Assembly: GCA_026770705.1 (NCBI GenBank)
Contig: JANJGN010000140.1
Coordinates: 1,178,001 to 1,242,000, forward strand
Source of the DNA: Isurus oxyrinchus
Taxonomy: Eukaryota
Direction: 5' to 3'
DNA: 64,000 bases
Part shown: positions 14,746 to 28,695 of the stretch, piece by piece
How the letters are laid out: the number at the start of each line of letters is the position of its first letter
How positions within the stretch are numbered: the stretch's first letter is position 1
Notes under the pieces: generated by a model
Seen by the model: the letters and a program-made list of their open reading frames with translations, nothing else
Told to the model about the DNA's origin: nothing
Database searches by the model: none
Made by a program: the position numbers and the translations under genes

Positions 14746-15129
14746 TATTCTGAGATGAGGAATAGGTTGTTATTTGTTTGTGAGAGCATGGTCTTTTAAA
14801 AAAAACACGTATAAAACTGAAAAGGATCGTCTTGTTTAACATAAACACACAGATCTTATTAGCTGCTGACATTACAACTGCATAATTCATCGACGCAAAC
14901 AGGATTTCGTAGCAAACTCCAATAGGCCAGCAAAAGCAAGAAACAACGAGAATTGACATCTGTGTTGACATTGTGCCCCTCCTTGAGCATATGCAATTGT
15001 CTACATAAAGAAATTGTGATCTCACCCAATAATAAATGGTAGGTAAATGGCACATACCGAAGCCATTCGCTTAGGTCATATAAACCTGTTTCCGCATTGC
15101 CCAGATGTGTGACCTTATAGTTCTTTTCC

Positions 15130-15830
15130 TTATGTCAACCCCAAGTAATCTCACACCCTGCTAAATCTTGTACCATGATATCAATCGCAGACTGATCTGA
15201 CTGCGTTGCTTTCCCCATGATCCTGTATCAATGCCAATCTAACCCCACTGCCCCGCTCTCTCCCCACCGTCCTCTGTTAATTCTAAACTAATCCCACCCA
15301 TTCTTGCTGCGCCCATGGCTCTGTATCAATCTCAAGTTAACCACACTGCCCCGCTCTCTCCATAGAGGCCGGCATTAATCCTAATTAATCCCACCGATCT
15401 GCTTTCTCCTCATGGACCTGTTTCAATCCCAAATTAATCTCAATAGTCACCGTTTTGCATATTCTGTTGTCAAAATGATGCCATGCCAACTCTCTCTCCC
15501 TGTAGACCTATAATCATCTAAAACAAATTGCATTAATGCATAACTCCCGATAACCTTTGATTAATGCAAAGTTACTAAATTTGCCCCCATTTTCTGCACA
15601 GACTTGTCTAAATCCCAAACTAATACTACTCGCCATTTACTCCCCATAACCCGATGTTAATCCCACACAATCAGCAAAATGATCCCATATTGTTTTGCAT
15701 TAATTGAAAACTGTTGCCACCGCCCCGTTCTCTATTCATAGATCTACATCCATCCTGAACGTATTCCCTTGTTCCCCGCTCTCCCCACATCCCTGATTTC
15801 ATTCCAAAGTAAACCCTACTCTCTTTCCAT
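15130..15830. repeat. Degenerate tandem repeat, about 55-60 bp unit
   Basis: Recurring CCCCGCTCTCTCCCCATAGxCCTGTATCAATCCCAAACTAATCCCAC-like unit. Confidence 0.75.
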
Positions 15831-15954
15831 TATGACGTGTTACACAAACAGTAGCAATATAGCCTCAACTGGAAATGTTGGGACCTGAAAATGTAAGCAA
15901 GTAATTGAGGACGATACTGAGGGAAGTGAGGGCCCAGGCATACGGCCGAATGTT

Positions 15955-16125
15955 TTTTGCATACAGGGCAATTTTCCATATCGCCCTGTAGATGTCAGTG
16001 TTGTCGCGGCACTGGAACAGCTTAGCTAAGAGCGCAGCAATTTCTGGAGCACAAATCCTCTGTACTATTGCCAGAATATTATCAGGGCCCATTGCTCTTT
16101 CAGTTTCCATTGCCTCAAGCAGCAT
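15955..16125 (-). mobile_element. Non-LTR retrotransposon RT fragment
   Basis: AMGPDNILAIVQRICAPEIAALLAKLFQ..WKIA, the conserved pre-RT region of LINEs. Confidence 0.7.
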
Positions 16126-16636
16126 TTGCGACCCCTCAGGTACTAAAGCAGTCCATGAACAAATGCAGCAAGACTTCCCCTGCTCTTAAATGTCTGCAAC
16201 TCCTTAGTCGAATTGACTCCCCGATCTCAATTAGAACGTTGCCAAATAATCTGCCACCTAAAAGCACAAAATAATTGCGAATGTGGCAGACATGGGAAGA
16301 AACATTTTTGAGTTAGAGATAGAAACCCAGGTCTGTATCTTTGATCAGCAGCTCAACTTATGGTAGGTGCATGGTTTCTGGAGAGGGGGCAACAGCAGAA
16401 TTTGCAGCCAGCAGTTGACCCAAGTGTATAATGGAACGATCCACGTTGCCAATGTTGCAAATGGGAGGCATGAAATTATGAGTTAGTCTGTTTGTTTACT
16501 GAACTGTAACTAAGATGCATGTTAGAACTTAATTGTCCCTCTGGAGACTCTTATTCGAAATAAATGAGGGACTCTTTGAATGCATCACAGAACTAAAGTA
16601 CATAGCATCGAGAATCCCCTGCTTTTCTGAGAGACG

Positions 16637-19152
16637 ATGTATGGACCAGCAAAAGGCCTCTTCTTTGCCATTTGCTATCCCATTCTCCCTCTTATTGGCG
16701 CCCCTGGTAAGTGATGGGCCCAGATAAGTTATTTACGTTTTTTGTAAATCTCCAGAAAGTTTGTCTGTCCCATTCCATGATCGGGATGATTTTTTCTACT
16801 TTCAGTGTTATCGGCGTGTAAAGGGCTTCAACAGGGTTCCTACATATATGTGTTTGTATGTGCATATATATCTGCCTTATATGCGATTACACTGTGTTAT
16901 GGTGAAGTGTGCAGCATTACAATGTATTATTTAATTGATTATACTGCACATTTATAGGAGTGCCGTTTACTGGATTCCTGTAATATGAACTATAATGTAT
17001 GGCTCTGCATATTGTTATATTGTTGAACACTGGATTTTCTTTTAGTATAGTCAGATACAATCCAGAGTTTTAAGTAATGTGCGGAATAATAGTATATCGT
17101 AGTGTTGTAGCATGCATTTTCGTGCACAGATTGTATTACAGCACCAGGAAACTAATTACTACAGCGAAACCATTATATTAGATGAATTGCAATATAAAGG
17201 TACATTCAGTAATTACACAAATGCACTTTTTGACCTGTGAAAGGATGTAATAGCTATTGTACAGCAAGTTCCCACTGGACAGTCCCGATTCTTAATGTAG
17301 TCTCAGCAATTAATTATAGAAAAGCTTGAAAGACGTTTGTGGAGATCCGAAATTGCAAATCTATTATGTATTTTGTTTTGTGCTGGCTGGTTTTGCACAT
17401 TTTGAATAATAATATTTTTTAATCATCCACGGTGTGTGGGTGTAACTGGCAAGGTCAAAGTTTATCGCTCATCTTTATTTCCCATTTGAAAGGTGGAGTT
17501 GCATTTGTTTCTTCAGTCACTGCAGTGCGTATAGTGGGGATGCTTCACAGGAGCCTGAACTAATACATTTACTACTGAACACCAGGAAGAGATACTTAAC
17601 CCAAATTTTGATCAAAGATTTTGGTTATAAGAAACTTCCTAAAGAATGAATGAGATGCGGAGCCGCTGCAGATGGGAATTAAAGAGATGAGGGCCTCAGA
17701 ATCTCCAGGCATAACTGCTGCTCATGGAGCAGTTAATTTCAGAGATACAAAAGAGAGCAGACGTACGCTGATGTCTCAGATAGTTGTAGCTGGCGGGATT
17801 AAAAGAGGCGAGGAAGCAGAAGGATTTCAAAACAGGAAGGGAACGATTAATAAAAGCACGATGTTGCCGTCAGAGACCTAATCTATGTCAGTGAGCATAG
17901 GCTTAATGGGAGCACGGGTATTGCTTTGACTATGGCCATCGGCAGTACATGTTTCGGATGATCTTAAGTTTTATAGCGAGGCCTTGGGATTGACTCACTG
18001 GCCAGAGAGCAGAGTTTGTGGCGAGAACCGATTGAAATGCCGTCTGCATTGACAACTGTTTGGTGCAGCATTGGATACCGAACACTGACCAAAGGCTTTG
18101 GAACAGCTGGAATCTGGAGATGGCGGAGTTGCAGAAGAGGGAGCATTCAGTAACTGTTTGCATGAGCCAGGAGGTAGTGATTTGAGTCCACTCAGTAACA
18201 TCTCTTTCTCCTGATTTCTCACAGCCAACCTGCTGGAGATCATAATCTTATCCTGAGGATGGTGCGGACTCTCCCAGTGTATCACCTGCTATCTGGTGAT
18301 GGTAGAAATAAGCGATTCCCTGGTCATCATCACCGCCGTTATCCTCAACCGGATCGGCTGCATCTACTTTCAGGGCAGTGTCCTGTCCACCACTCCCGCA
18401 TGCGCACTCAGCAATGTGCTGGTCTGTGCCACGCGGCATGTGTCAGTCTGGCTGACGGTTGCCTTCACCATCGACCGTTTCGTGGCCATCTGCTGTCAGA
18501 GCCAGAAGACCAGATACTGCACCGAGAAAACTGCATTGCTGGTTATAGGACTGGTCTGTGCCCTGAGCTGCGCCAGGAACGTCCCTTTTTACCTCAACTA
18601 CGAGCCTTTGTATATTCGAGATGGGGCGCCATGGTTCTGCAGCATGAAGCCCATCTATTACACCTCGCTCCTCTGGCAGGCCTTCGAGTGGCTGGACCAC
18701 TTCTTAACCCCCTTTCTCCCTTTCTTCCTCATTCCACTGCTCAACGCCCTGACCGTAAGTTACATCTTCGCGGCCAGCAGAGCCCGCAGGAGCCTCCGGG
18801 ACGCCGAGATTCAGGGAGACCAGGAGATGGTCAATCGCAAGAGTCCATTGTCCTGCTTTTCGCCATCTCGCTCAGCTTCCTCCTCCTGTGGGCCATCTAT
18901 CTCGGACATTTCCTCTACGTGTGGATCACAGGCGAGGGCTATCTCACCAGCCTGGACTTCAATGAATCAGATTACATCCTCCAGGAGACAGTCAACATGC
19001 ACCAGTTAGTCAGTTCGTGCAACAACGTCTTTATCTATGCGGTGGCCCAGAGCAAGTTCCGAGAAGAGATGAAGAAGGTGCTGATGAGTCCCTTCACCAT
19101 GGTCACTGGTTGTTTTAAGCAGTTAAATCACGGCAAAATGCCCCCACGTTAA
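16637..19152 (+). pseudogene. GPR139-like (rhodopsin-class) GPCR pseudogene, two exons (16637-16706 and 18225-19152)
   Basis: Exon 1 MYGPAKGLFFAICYPILPLIGAP|GTAAGT splices in phase to tttctcacag|ANLLEIIILS*GWCGLSQCITCYLV..SVWLTVAFTIDRFVAICC..LTPFLPF..NVFIYAVAQSKFR; TGA at 18254-18256 and a frameshift near 18840. Confidence 0.9.
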
Positions 19153-20199
19153 TTCACTTGCATCACAGTGGTTCAGTTTGTAGCAGCGCTCCATATCCCA
19201 CCCACACACCTTTTCTCTTCCTCTCTCTCCCTCTGTCTCTCTCTCCCCCTCTCTCTCTCTATCTCTCCCCCTCGCTCACCACCCCCTCCCTCTCTCTGTC
19301 GCCTTCTTTCCCCAAAACATGAATATCCTGAGCTGTAGCTCCCTTACTTGAGAGATGTCAGGTCCATACTCCAGTGCTGAAAGTACGCCTGTGGCACTAA
19401 ATGAAGGTTGAACTATCGCATTTTCTACTTTTCTGGATGTGGTACTAAGCCACGCTGAGTATCTGCCCTCACAGGTGGAACGTCAATACCCCATGGTTGC
19501 AATTTCAAAAATGAGCAGGAAAAGCTTACCCGGGTTGTTACAATAATTGTCCCTCATTTAACATGACTTTAACCGGCGATCTGATGATTTTTCCAATTAC
19601 ATTTGTGGAAGCTTGCTCTGTGCACATTTGTTGACGTGTTTCCCACATTACACTGGGGGAAGACTTAATTGGCGGCAAAGTAGTTTGGGAAATCCTGAGG
19701 TCGCTTCTTTCCATCTTTCTTCCTGCCTTTCGTCCACCCTTTTATTCTTTTTTACTTTCATTCATTCTTTCTTTCACTTTTTTCATTATTTCATCATTCT
19801 TTCTTTCTCGCACTTTACAGAGACAATTTCCACTCATATTACCCTTTACACTTAAAACAGAGTATGTGATGGGATGGGAAGTGTTTTTTTAAGCAGTGAA
19901 TTGTGACTTGGATTCTGCAGCCTGAATGCGAGCTGGATGCATGTTGAATCGTAGGTTTCAAAAATTAATTTAATAAATACTAGGGGGAGTTTTGTTAAGA
20001 GCAAGTAACAATAAGTAGCTGGGTTGCTCTTTCAGAAACCCGGCATACACACAGAGACCAACTGATCTGCTCCTTTACCTTACAGATGTAAACAGCGATC
20101 TCAGGCCACCTGAAAAGTCTTTCTCTTTCTGAGAAACGTTAAAGCAAATTTGTGCAGCGACAGGTCCTTAATCTCATTCTTATCACTCAAAACTATCCA

Positions 20200-20790
20200 T
20201 CAGTCCATCGTTGTTTGGGATGAGGGGCTTATCTAATGAAGAAATCTTTGATAGTTTGGATCAGTAGCCAGTGGATATAACAAGAATGAAAGATGAAGTT
20301 ATTGCAATGTATAGCATCCTGAGGCGGAGGGTGGCCGGGCGGGGGGTTGGGGGGGGGGGGTGGTGGTGGTGGTGGGGCGGGGGAGTGGGGGATGGGGATG
20401 GGAGGGTGGGAGGGGGGTGGCGGTGGGTCTTGACAGGGTGGATACCGGGAAGATGTTTCAACTTATGGGAGTGACCAGAAGGAGGAGCACATTGTAAGAA
20501 TAAGAGGCTTGCCTTTAACACGGAGATGAGGTGATTTGTTTTTCTCTCAGTGAGTCGTTGGTATGTGAAATTCTCTTTCCCAGAAAGCAGTGGAGGGTGA
20601 GCAATAAATGTACTCAAGGATGAATTATATTGTGCCAATACCAAGAGTTAGACGGATTTTTGATGGACAATGAAGTTAAGTAGCAGACGGAAACGTGGAG
20701 TTGAGACGACAAGCAGATAATCCATGAATGTACAGAATGGTAGATTAGGCTCTAAGAGTTGAATGGCCTACTCCTGTTTCGAAGTCCTAT
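20200..20790 (+). mobile_element. CR1 3' fragment with an internal G-rich tract
   Basis: Similar to the 3' end of the CR1 at 63300-63790. Confidence 0.65.
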
Positions 20791-23343
20791 AGTCGCATTG
20801 TTATATGTTTGGCGAGAGAGTGTGGACGGGTGTGTGAGGTTTGAAACACAGAATGTCAACGAGATAGTCAGGTCTACTATAAACAGCGACATGGTACAGC
20901 CTAGAGTGACAGGAACTAAACAGCAGTCTAGTGTAACATGAACGGAGCCAAAATGTGTCCTCACCTAATCACAGAATAAGATCTAATCTCACAAAACGTG
21001 GTGATGTAATGTAATAGAGGCAAGACCTAATAAGCCAATAACAGATACGGAAACTAATATCATATAAAAGGGGACATTTTCTATTTCATAGAGAACTGAG
21101 ACAGGGACTTGCATTACGTAAACAGAGACACACTCAAGTACAATAATAATTGAAAACGGATCTTGTGTGACGTAAACAAAGGCATTGCCTTGCATGGTAT
21201 GAAATAAGGCAGTGTCAGGGTCTAATGCGATATTACCAGCATCATTCACAATGATGTGCTTTGTGCTTTATACACACATGTACTCTACATACGAAATATG
21301 CAACATGCATAATGCAACACATATGTACATGGTTTATTTTCACACACGCACATAAACACATACACACACACACGTACACACAGGGAATTGGTAGAGCACA
21401 ATACAAGCACGAATCATTATACTTTCATACAACACGTTTTGTCCCTAAACAGTGCTCACAACGAGGGACCAATCCCACTTCCCTCTCAGAGATTGTTAAA
21501 AGACTCACCCCAACTTCTCCACCATATATTACGTCCTCAGGATTTCAGAAAGCGACAAGGCTGAATTTGTTTTCAAGTATAGTCGATATTGTAATGCAGG
21601 GAATGTTATTTACACGGAGGAAGGCGGGAATGTACAATTATTTGTCAGGAGGTTTTGTCAATCCGAGAATATCGGGAATAAAGGAATGGTGGTAGTTCCT
21701 GGAAAACTTCGATTCGTACCCAATAATAAAAATTTAATTAAGGTACAAAATGATCAGAATATCTTAACATCTGTTTATGAATCATTGAGAAACCAATCTG
21801 AATGAAGGGTTTGTGAGTCCTTTTCTTCGGACTACCCGGTGCCATTGGACCATGAAATGCAATGATTCCCAGAGCTCACTGTCTAACCCTCCTTTGCCAC
21901 AACACCTGCAAATTATGTATACGTTCTTGCCCTGAATGTACCTTTGTATGAAGTGAAGTGTCACGGAACAGAAGTATTTCATGTTATGTCCATGGCACCA
22001 GTAAACTGACGGTTTGTAAGTTTTGGCCAAAGCTGAAGTGTTGGAGTGCCTTCCAGTGGAAACCTGCGGAAAGCAATGACTGAATTTCGACCCAAATATT
22101 GCAGCATGATTTTGCTGAATCATTATTACGTGAGGTTGCAATGAATGCTATTATTTTGATTTTACTATTAGTATAGCTTCCCTCCTTAGTCTTTTCCATT
22201 CGTTGCTATTGCTCTTTTGCACAAATAGTGAAATTAATTGTCTCAGTTCTCTCGTGTGCTAAATCAATTAACACAATATATGCTCATTTGCTTTCACATT
22301 AATAATTCCACCATTATATTTATATTATATATTTCCACGATTATATTATTTGCAATTTCGTAAAAAAAGCGCTTCCCAATTCCTTAAGGATCAAAGGCGG
22401 TCACAAATCAAAATTGAATAGATCCATCAATCACGTGTGATAGGTATTTTGCTATTTCTGTGTTTGTGTATATGTGTGTATCTATGTTCGTGTGTCAGTG
22501 CTGCTCACCAACCTAGCATATCACTCAGGATCATCATTGGTTACTCAACCGATAAATTCTCCCTCTACACAACCCTATGAATCACTGTCAGGACAGGTAT
22601 TAAACAGTTATGATACAAAAATCTCCTTCTACACTGCTCAACCACTCTTATTCCGAGTCAGTACTCTGCACTGTCCCACAAACAATTACAGGGCAGATAG
22701 AACAGGGATCAACTACAGGGCAAATCTCCCTCTAGACTGTACCACATTCCTAGTGCAACTCCAGCACAAATGAAAGGCAGAAAGAGTCTGGTTCGAAGAA
22801 CGTTGATTATGCGCGAAATTGTGAAATAAATGAACTTGCAACTTCTAAATAATTCGAAATAATATTTTGTTTTATCAACTTACACAGATGATGTATTTGC
22901 ATATCTAAATTACATTTCTAAAGACTTTTATTTCTGTATCTCTCACTTCTGAAGCCCGTGACTTGTTGTCTCCTCAGTCTCCATGCCCAGTAAGTTCTCA
23001 TATATGCTCCTTGGCTCTGCGTTTCACGATGACTCACTGCTCTCTAACATGTGGTAGGGCCTGACAGCTGAACCGTGTTAACAGTGACAGCGGTGGAGAC
23101 GATCTCACGGATCACAGATACTTTAAACCTTCTCCCAACTCCTCCATCTCTGTATGTGAAGATAAGATACTCGGGAGCTTAATTGGAGAATTGCCAGTAT
23201 CAGAATACGAGTTCTAGCCCGAAAGGTCTCCGATACATCGATATCTAAAATGTCTCCGAGGGACAAAGAGCAGCTTCCAAACCAAGAATCAAATTAATTT
23301 CATGATATATGAAAGCAGAATTAAATAAAGTGCCTGTGGACTT

Positions 23344-23506
23344 NNNNNNNNNNNNNNNNNNNNNNNNNNNNNNNNNNNNNNNNNNNNNNNNNNNNNNNNN
23401 NNNNNNNNNNNNNNNNNNNNNNNNNNNNNNNNNNNNNNNNNNNNNNNNNNNNNNNNNNNNNNNNNNNNNNNNNNNNNNNNNNNNNNNNNNNNNNNNNNNN
23501 NNNNNN
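23344..23506. other. Assembly gap (N run)
   Basis: Ns. Confidence 1.
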
Positions 23507-23889
23507 ATCCACCTATCTATCAATCTATTCGTCTGCCTTTCGGCTTGACCCTCTGAATCTCTTTCTGTCTATCTATCTATCTACCCATCCAGCTGTCTGT
23601 CTGTCTATATACTTATTCCCTTGTTTATCAATCTTTCTCTCGCACCTCTATCTAAGTATCTGAGAGCGAGAGTTGTTTTTCTGTCCACCTCTACATCTTG
23701 TTTGTTGAACAACCACTCAGAAAATTTTACTTAATATGTCTCGATATCTGCATCTGTAACGCCAGCTAAAGGATGTTGTAACTTTAAGTTTGTATATGGG
23801 GACGTAACATTTCTGAATATCACCAGCCTTTCTAAAGGGCCTGGCTTGGGGAAAGGTTAACGGTGCAGCTGACACACAGCGGTTAACAA

Positions 23890-24354
23890 GAGAGATTGGA
23901 CAGCAGAATCCGCCTTTGCCTGACTGTGTCCCTGTCGCACAATGATGAACTTTGACGCCCTGGATCTCAGTGTTACCTATAGACAAGATATTGAGCGTCT
24001 TCGCTCGGTCAAAGGAAAATATGTAACGTCCTTAAGCCATATTCCCCTGGTGAATGGAGGCGATACGTTTCGCAGCCCCTGTCGGTGTTTGTCTGTACCA
24101 GGCTATGGAATAACCAAATTCAACCGAGAGCTGATAATCCTATTCAATCCGTTCCCCTTCCCGAGACAGCACCTGCTCAGGGTGGGAGCTCTGATCCTCA
24201 CACTGAACGGCAGTGAACAAAACGAGGTCACTCAACTACCACACGGTAATAAGAGATTGTTAAAATAATACCTCTGATGATATAAATAAACTAACACAAT
24301 AGCAACAGCAACAGGGCTCCAACTGGAAAGGTATTTGTGGGGTTTTCTGTTCAT
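23890..24354 (-). pseudogene. TCR alpha/delta-type V pseudogene (leader 24296-24354, V exon about 23929-24210)
   Basis: EGERIE*DYQLSVEFGYSIAWYRQTPTG..*GRYIFSFDRAKTLNILSIGNTEIQGVKVHHCATG; heptamer CACAGTC at 23922-23928, nonamer decayed; inverted paralog of 28696-29047. Confidence 0.8.
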
Positions 24355-26806
24355 GACGATGAAGATGGACCAAAGGAGGATCAATCAGAGTCTGATTTCC
24401 AGACTGAGGTTTGCTGCCGAGTCCAGGATTCTCAATGGTGTGGAGAAAGAGAGGGGAGAGCTTCACATTCTCCTTGTAGAGTGGGAAACTGATGGGCTAC
24501 ATTCTCACCAATTGGGCTGTTATGAGATGTCATTATCTGACGTTTCCTACGGTGACACTGAACGATTTGTGGTTTCTTGAACTGTCACCGCTCATGAAGT
24601 TCTCTGCTTCCGGTGTATCAACGGGTTAAATCATTTCATTAGATTTGTTCTCTCTTGTCTTTCAAACTGAAAAGAGCCTTTCACCATATTAGAATCATAG
24701 AGTTTTAAAGCACAAAGAGAGGCACTTTGGCCCACTATGTGCTGGATCTCTGAAAGACTTATCCATTTATTCTTAATTATCTGCCTGGGGTCTGCATATT
24801 TGTCTTTGTAAATTTCCTTTTACTGGTCAAATATTTATTCATTTGTCTTTATATATTACTTATAAATTCTGCCTCAGTCGCCATTTCTCATGAACCATCA
24901 TATCCTCTATCAGTCCACTGCTCAAAATAGAAAAACATTTTCCGCTATAATGGCGATAAATTACGCCATCGACCGACTATTGAGTGAACAGTTGGATGAA
25001 CTCTATTTCTTTTTAACCTTTTGAAACCTTCCTTGATTGGATACAGTTATGTCGGACCACTTCTTAATATTACCTGTCATAGTGAAAAGTTGCTCAGGTA
25101 TTTGGATTATCACCTTCTGCTCTCCTCTGCTTCATCTTTCTCTGTCTGTTCCACACTCTGACTTTGAGGTTAACAGCAAGCGAAAGAAGATTTCTAAAGC
25201 TGGTCCAAGTATTTGAATTGTGTTCTCACCAATAATATGTGCAGCTTTACCCTTGTCTTCTTGTGTTTTACGTTCTGCATCCCTGTTTACAGCTTCAGAT
25301 TATTTAGCTCTTTAAGGCAATCAGCAGCTTGTTCCCCACTTCCAGCACCTGAATCCTGAATTATTTCTCGTCCTTTACTTTAGATGAATACTTTAAATCT
25401 TTAAATTAATATTTCATTCTTATTTCCTTTCTCATTTCATCTACTTTACATTTTGTGTTTTTTTTTTGTATGAGAGAGACAGAAATTTTTGGTTGTACTT
25501 TGGACCATTACCACATTTGTTCTCCTGACGGTCACTGATTGCCCTTTCTCTCCTCTATCTGTATGAATATACCGAGTTGGGCAGACGCGCCTCCTTTGGT
25601 TGTAAACTGGTAAATATGTTTATCGATATCAGTTCCTGAAATGTTCTATTTTAAAAATTTACTTTACAATGGAGGGGGAAGCTGCTACGTGAGGCACTTA
25701 GCTGAACATGGTTGCAAATTTTGTAAATATTGCATTTTTATCGATTTCATTTGAAGTGCGAGCAAATGATAAAAATGATGTTTAATTAACAATGAAAACA
25801 TACATCCTCGACATTCGGGCGTCGATGGTAATTCTGGTTCTTATTGTTCATCTGTAAGCGAACCCTCCAATGTCTGGACCTCCCTACGTGACACCTCAAA
25901 AATGTCGCCCGCCTTGTTTGGTGCATCCCACTGAAATCATCTCCCATGTGGGTAGTGAATTCAGTAGAGAAGTGAACAACACCAATGGGATGTTTAACAT
26001 CGAGCCAACAAGGACACAAGTCAGAAGATGTTCTAAATGAAACATAGAAAATTGTAGTCGAACCATACTCCATGAGCATTGTCTCTAGTTCTCGCTGCCA
26101 AGCACGAATAAGGTGATTGAAGCTTGGCAGGAGTTCAGGGGTGATACAGGAGGCTGATTCTTCAGTTTGAAGTGTTTGGGTTGAGAGGAAAAACGAAAAC
26201 AGCATTTCCGGACTATTACCAAATGGTTGTTGATCGGACAGTGAGTGAACGCTGGTTGAACAGGTCTTCACACAAAGAGACACAGTCCGAACACATGGAA
26301 TATCCTTAGTAATAACTAACCAGAATTGTAGGGATGTCAGGATGTCTGGAAGGACAAATTAAGATGGGACAAACGGCTCCCTCGTCTGCCAGTACCTCTT
26401 GACTTTGAAATTGGTCTGCGGCAGTGATAACACCAAAATCACGAATAAGCCTCCAGTGATGATGTGAGGTAAATTGCTATTCCACGGTTTCTGCACTTTA
26501 ACTAATTAAAACAACAGCAACCTCTTGTTTGGTGACCTACTGTGGCTATCTCTCTGTGCACGCGTGTGTGTAAATATGTGTTTATCTATATGAATCTGTG
26601 CGGAATTCCAAAATTCTCGGTGAGGCAGGTGCTCTCCAGTGGAAGGCGCTCTCTGATCCCTTGATGATGTTCAAGATCCCAGCTAAATGGAGTGGTTGCT
26701 CGACGAGATGTAAATTCCCGCTTAACAGTTGAGATCCTGGCGATGTTTAAGTTTCCTTTTTCCCTCGGTGATTAAAGATTCTGATTCTGGAGCTCAGGCT
26801 GGCACC

Positions 26807-26852
26807 ATGGAGGTGGAGTTCTACCAATTTTTGGTTATTGCTCTGATCACTG
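26807..26852 (+). pseudogene. Orphan V-type leader exon
   Basis: GCACCATGG Kozak context; 46-nt phase-1 hydrophobic exon MEVEFYQFLVIALIT-G followed by GT; no V exon found downstream. Confidence 0.5.
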
Positions 26853-27819
26853 GTCTGCAATATTGCGGCTCCCCCACAATATTCCCCTATTATTGCATAA
26901 TTACCCAACAGAAGAGTACCGGGGAATTTACATAGAAAATAAAGGAGAAATCCATCCTGATCTGAAAGCAGTCCTCTGATTAAATCACCAACTTCAGGAT
27001 AAGGAGAAGTGTAGTTTCTCAATCACTTTAAGTTACGGTCAAATTCGGATACTTCAACCCATAGTATTAGTAGAGACCTGTAGATTTTTGAATGAATAAC
27101 AGAATCAGTTTCTGCAGGAACCAATTTTTGGGTGTTCTGTTAAGGCTTCAAGTTACATTTTCAAAGACATCTCACCGGTGCACAATCATGTTCACTTAAC
27201 CATGCCCCTCACCTCCTCCCGCTCTGACTGGTAATGGAGCTCATTGACTGTGGCAGTGCTGACAGGGACCCAAAACGACTTCCGTTATTTTATGCTTCAA
27301 ATGTCACTGAAGAGAGAGGGCGGGGAATGGGGTGGAGAGAAAGGGAGAGTGAGGGGGAAAGAAAAACTACGAGTTAAACGGAGAGTAAGACATATAAAGG
27401 GAGAAGCATTGAAAGAAAAATGCTGAGAGAGAGTTTCAAGGGAAACACAGCTGCATAAGTAAAATGGGTGACAGCACGACAAATAGAAAGATGGGGAGTG
27501 AGAGAAGAGAGATAGAGAGAGAGAGAGAGGGAGAGAGACAGAGAGAGAGAGAGAGAGATGGGGGAGGGAGGGGCGGGGGGAACAGGAGAGGGAGAGAGAG
27601 CTGCAAATATAGAGTCAAAGAGTGAGAAAGAGGAAGAGTTGAAGAGATGGATTGACACCGAAGCATCAATAGAGACGGAGAGAGTGAGAGACAAACAGAC
27701 AGACAGAGAATCTTACTCACACAGCTAGGCAAGGAAAAGGTTGGGCTGGAGACATCAATAATTAACCCACAACTAGCACTGGTTGGTATATATCTTTAGG
27801 CAGCTCTGAGAGACCAGCC

Positions 27820-28075
27820 AATCTTGACAAAGAGGAAAGCCCCAGAAAGTGAACTGGACCAGCCATATAAATACCATGGCTACAAGAGCAGGTCAGAGGC
27901 TAGGAATCCTGCGACGAATAACTCACCTCCTGACTCCCCAAAGCCTGTCCATCATCTACAGGGCACAAGTCAGGAGTGTGATGGAACACTCTCCATTTGC
28001 CTGGATGAGTGCAGCTCCCACAGCACTCGTGAAGCTTGACACCATCCAGGACAAAGCAGCCCGCTTGATTGGCAC
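27820..28075 (+). mobile_element. LINE ORF2 C-terminal fragment (L2/CR1 group)
   Basis: WTSHINTMATRAGQRLGILRR..IYRAQVRSVMEHSPFAW..LDTIQDKAARLIG. Confidence 0.8.
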
Positions 28076-28695
28076 CAAAATGGAGAAACATGCAGCTCCA
28101 CTAAGCCACCAGCGAGACCGTCCGGCTGGAGTATTTGCCTTGATTTTGAAGTGAAAGGAAAATCAATAAATGTAATTTCCATTTATCTCATTCAATAAAA
28201 CCACGGTGACTAGAGGCCACATGGCCGCCATGGTAAATATCAACTGGAGGGACAAGGGAGGGAAATATGAAGCAAATATGCCTTTAAAAGTTAAGGGACA
28301 AAGGGTTTTGATGTTTAGCGCCAGAGAGTGGGGAAGAGCAAATTATGCTGTTAAATTCTGTGATTCGAAGACGGTGGTGAGAATTTGAGTTTGAAATAAA
28401 ACAGAGGTCCTCCCAAACCATTAGATTCGTCACTACTCAGAGAGAAAGGAAAATTCCATCCTTGCGACAGAACAAGTTTTCTTTGTTTTGAGAAAGTCAA
28501 TCCTCAAGGGCAAGTCTATGACATCTGATGACCACATCCCGCAAGAAGCCAATCGGTTAGAATGTCGCCCATCATTCATTCACTATACGATAAGGATGTC
28601 GTCTCCTCCCATCATTGAGAGTCTTGGGCTCGGCAACAAGTCCCAGTCTGGAATTCAGACACTTACCGATCCGTCTTTTGCCCACCTTCATCATC

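Noticed and set aside
18259-19152. 297-aa ORF as an intact gene
   Set aside because: Only its last ~100 aa are in the GPCR frame; it is the product of the pseudogene frameshift.
22980-23343. Possible very old V relic running into the gap (..KAELNKVPVD)
   Set aside because: No convincing Cys/Trp motifs and an implausibly short intron; cannot be supported.
25786-26283. 165-aa minus-strand ORF
   Set aside because: No recognisable domain or splice context; probably antisense to an old LINE remnant.
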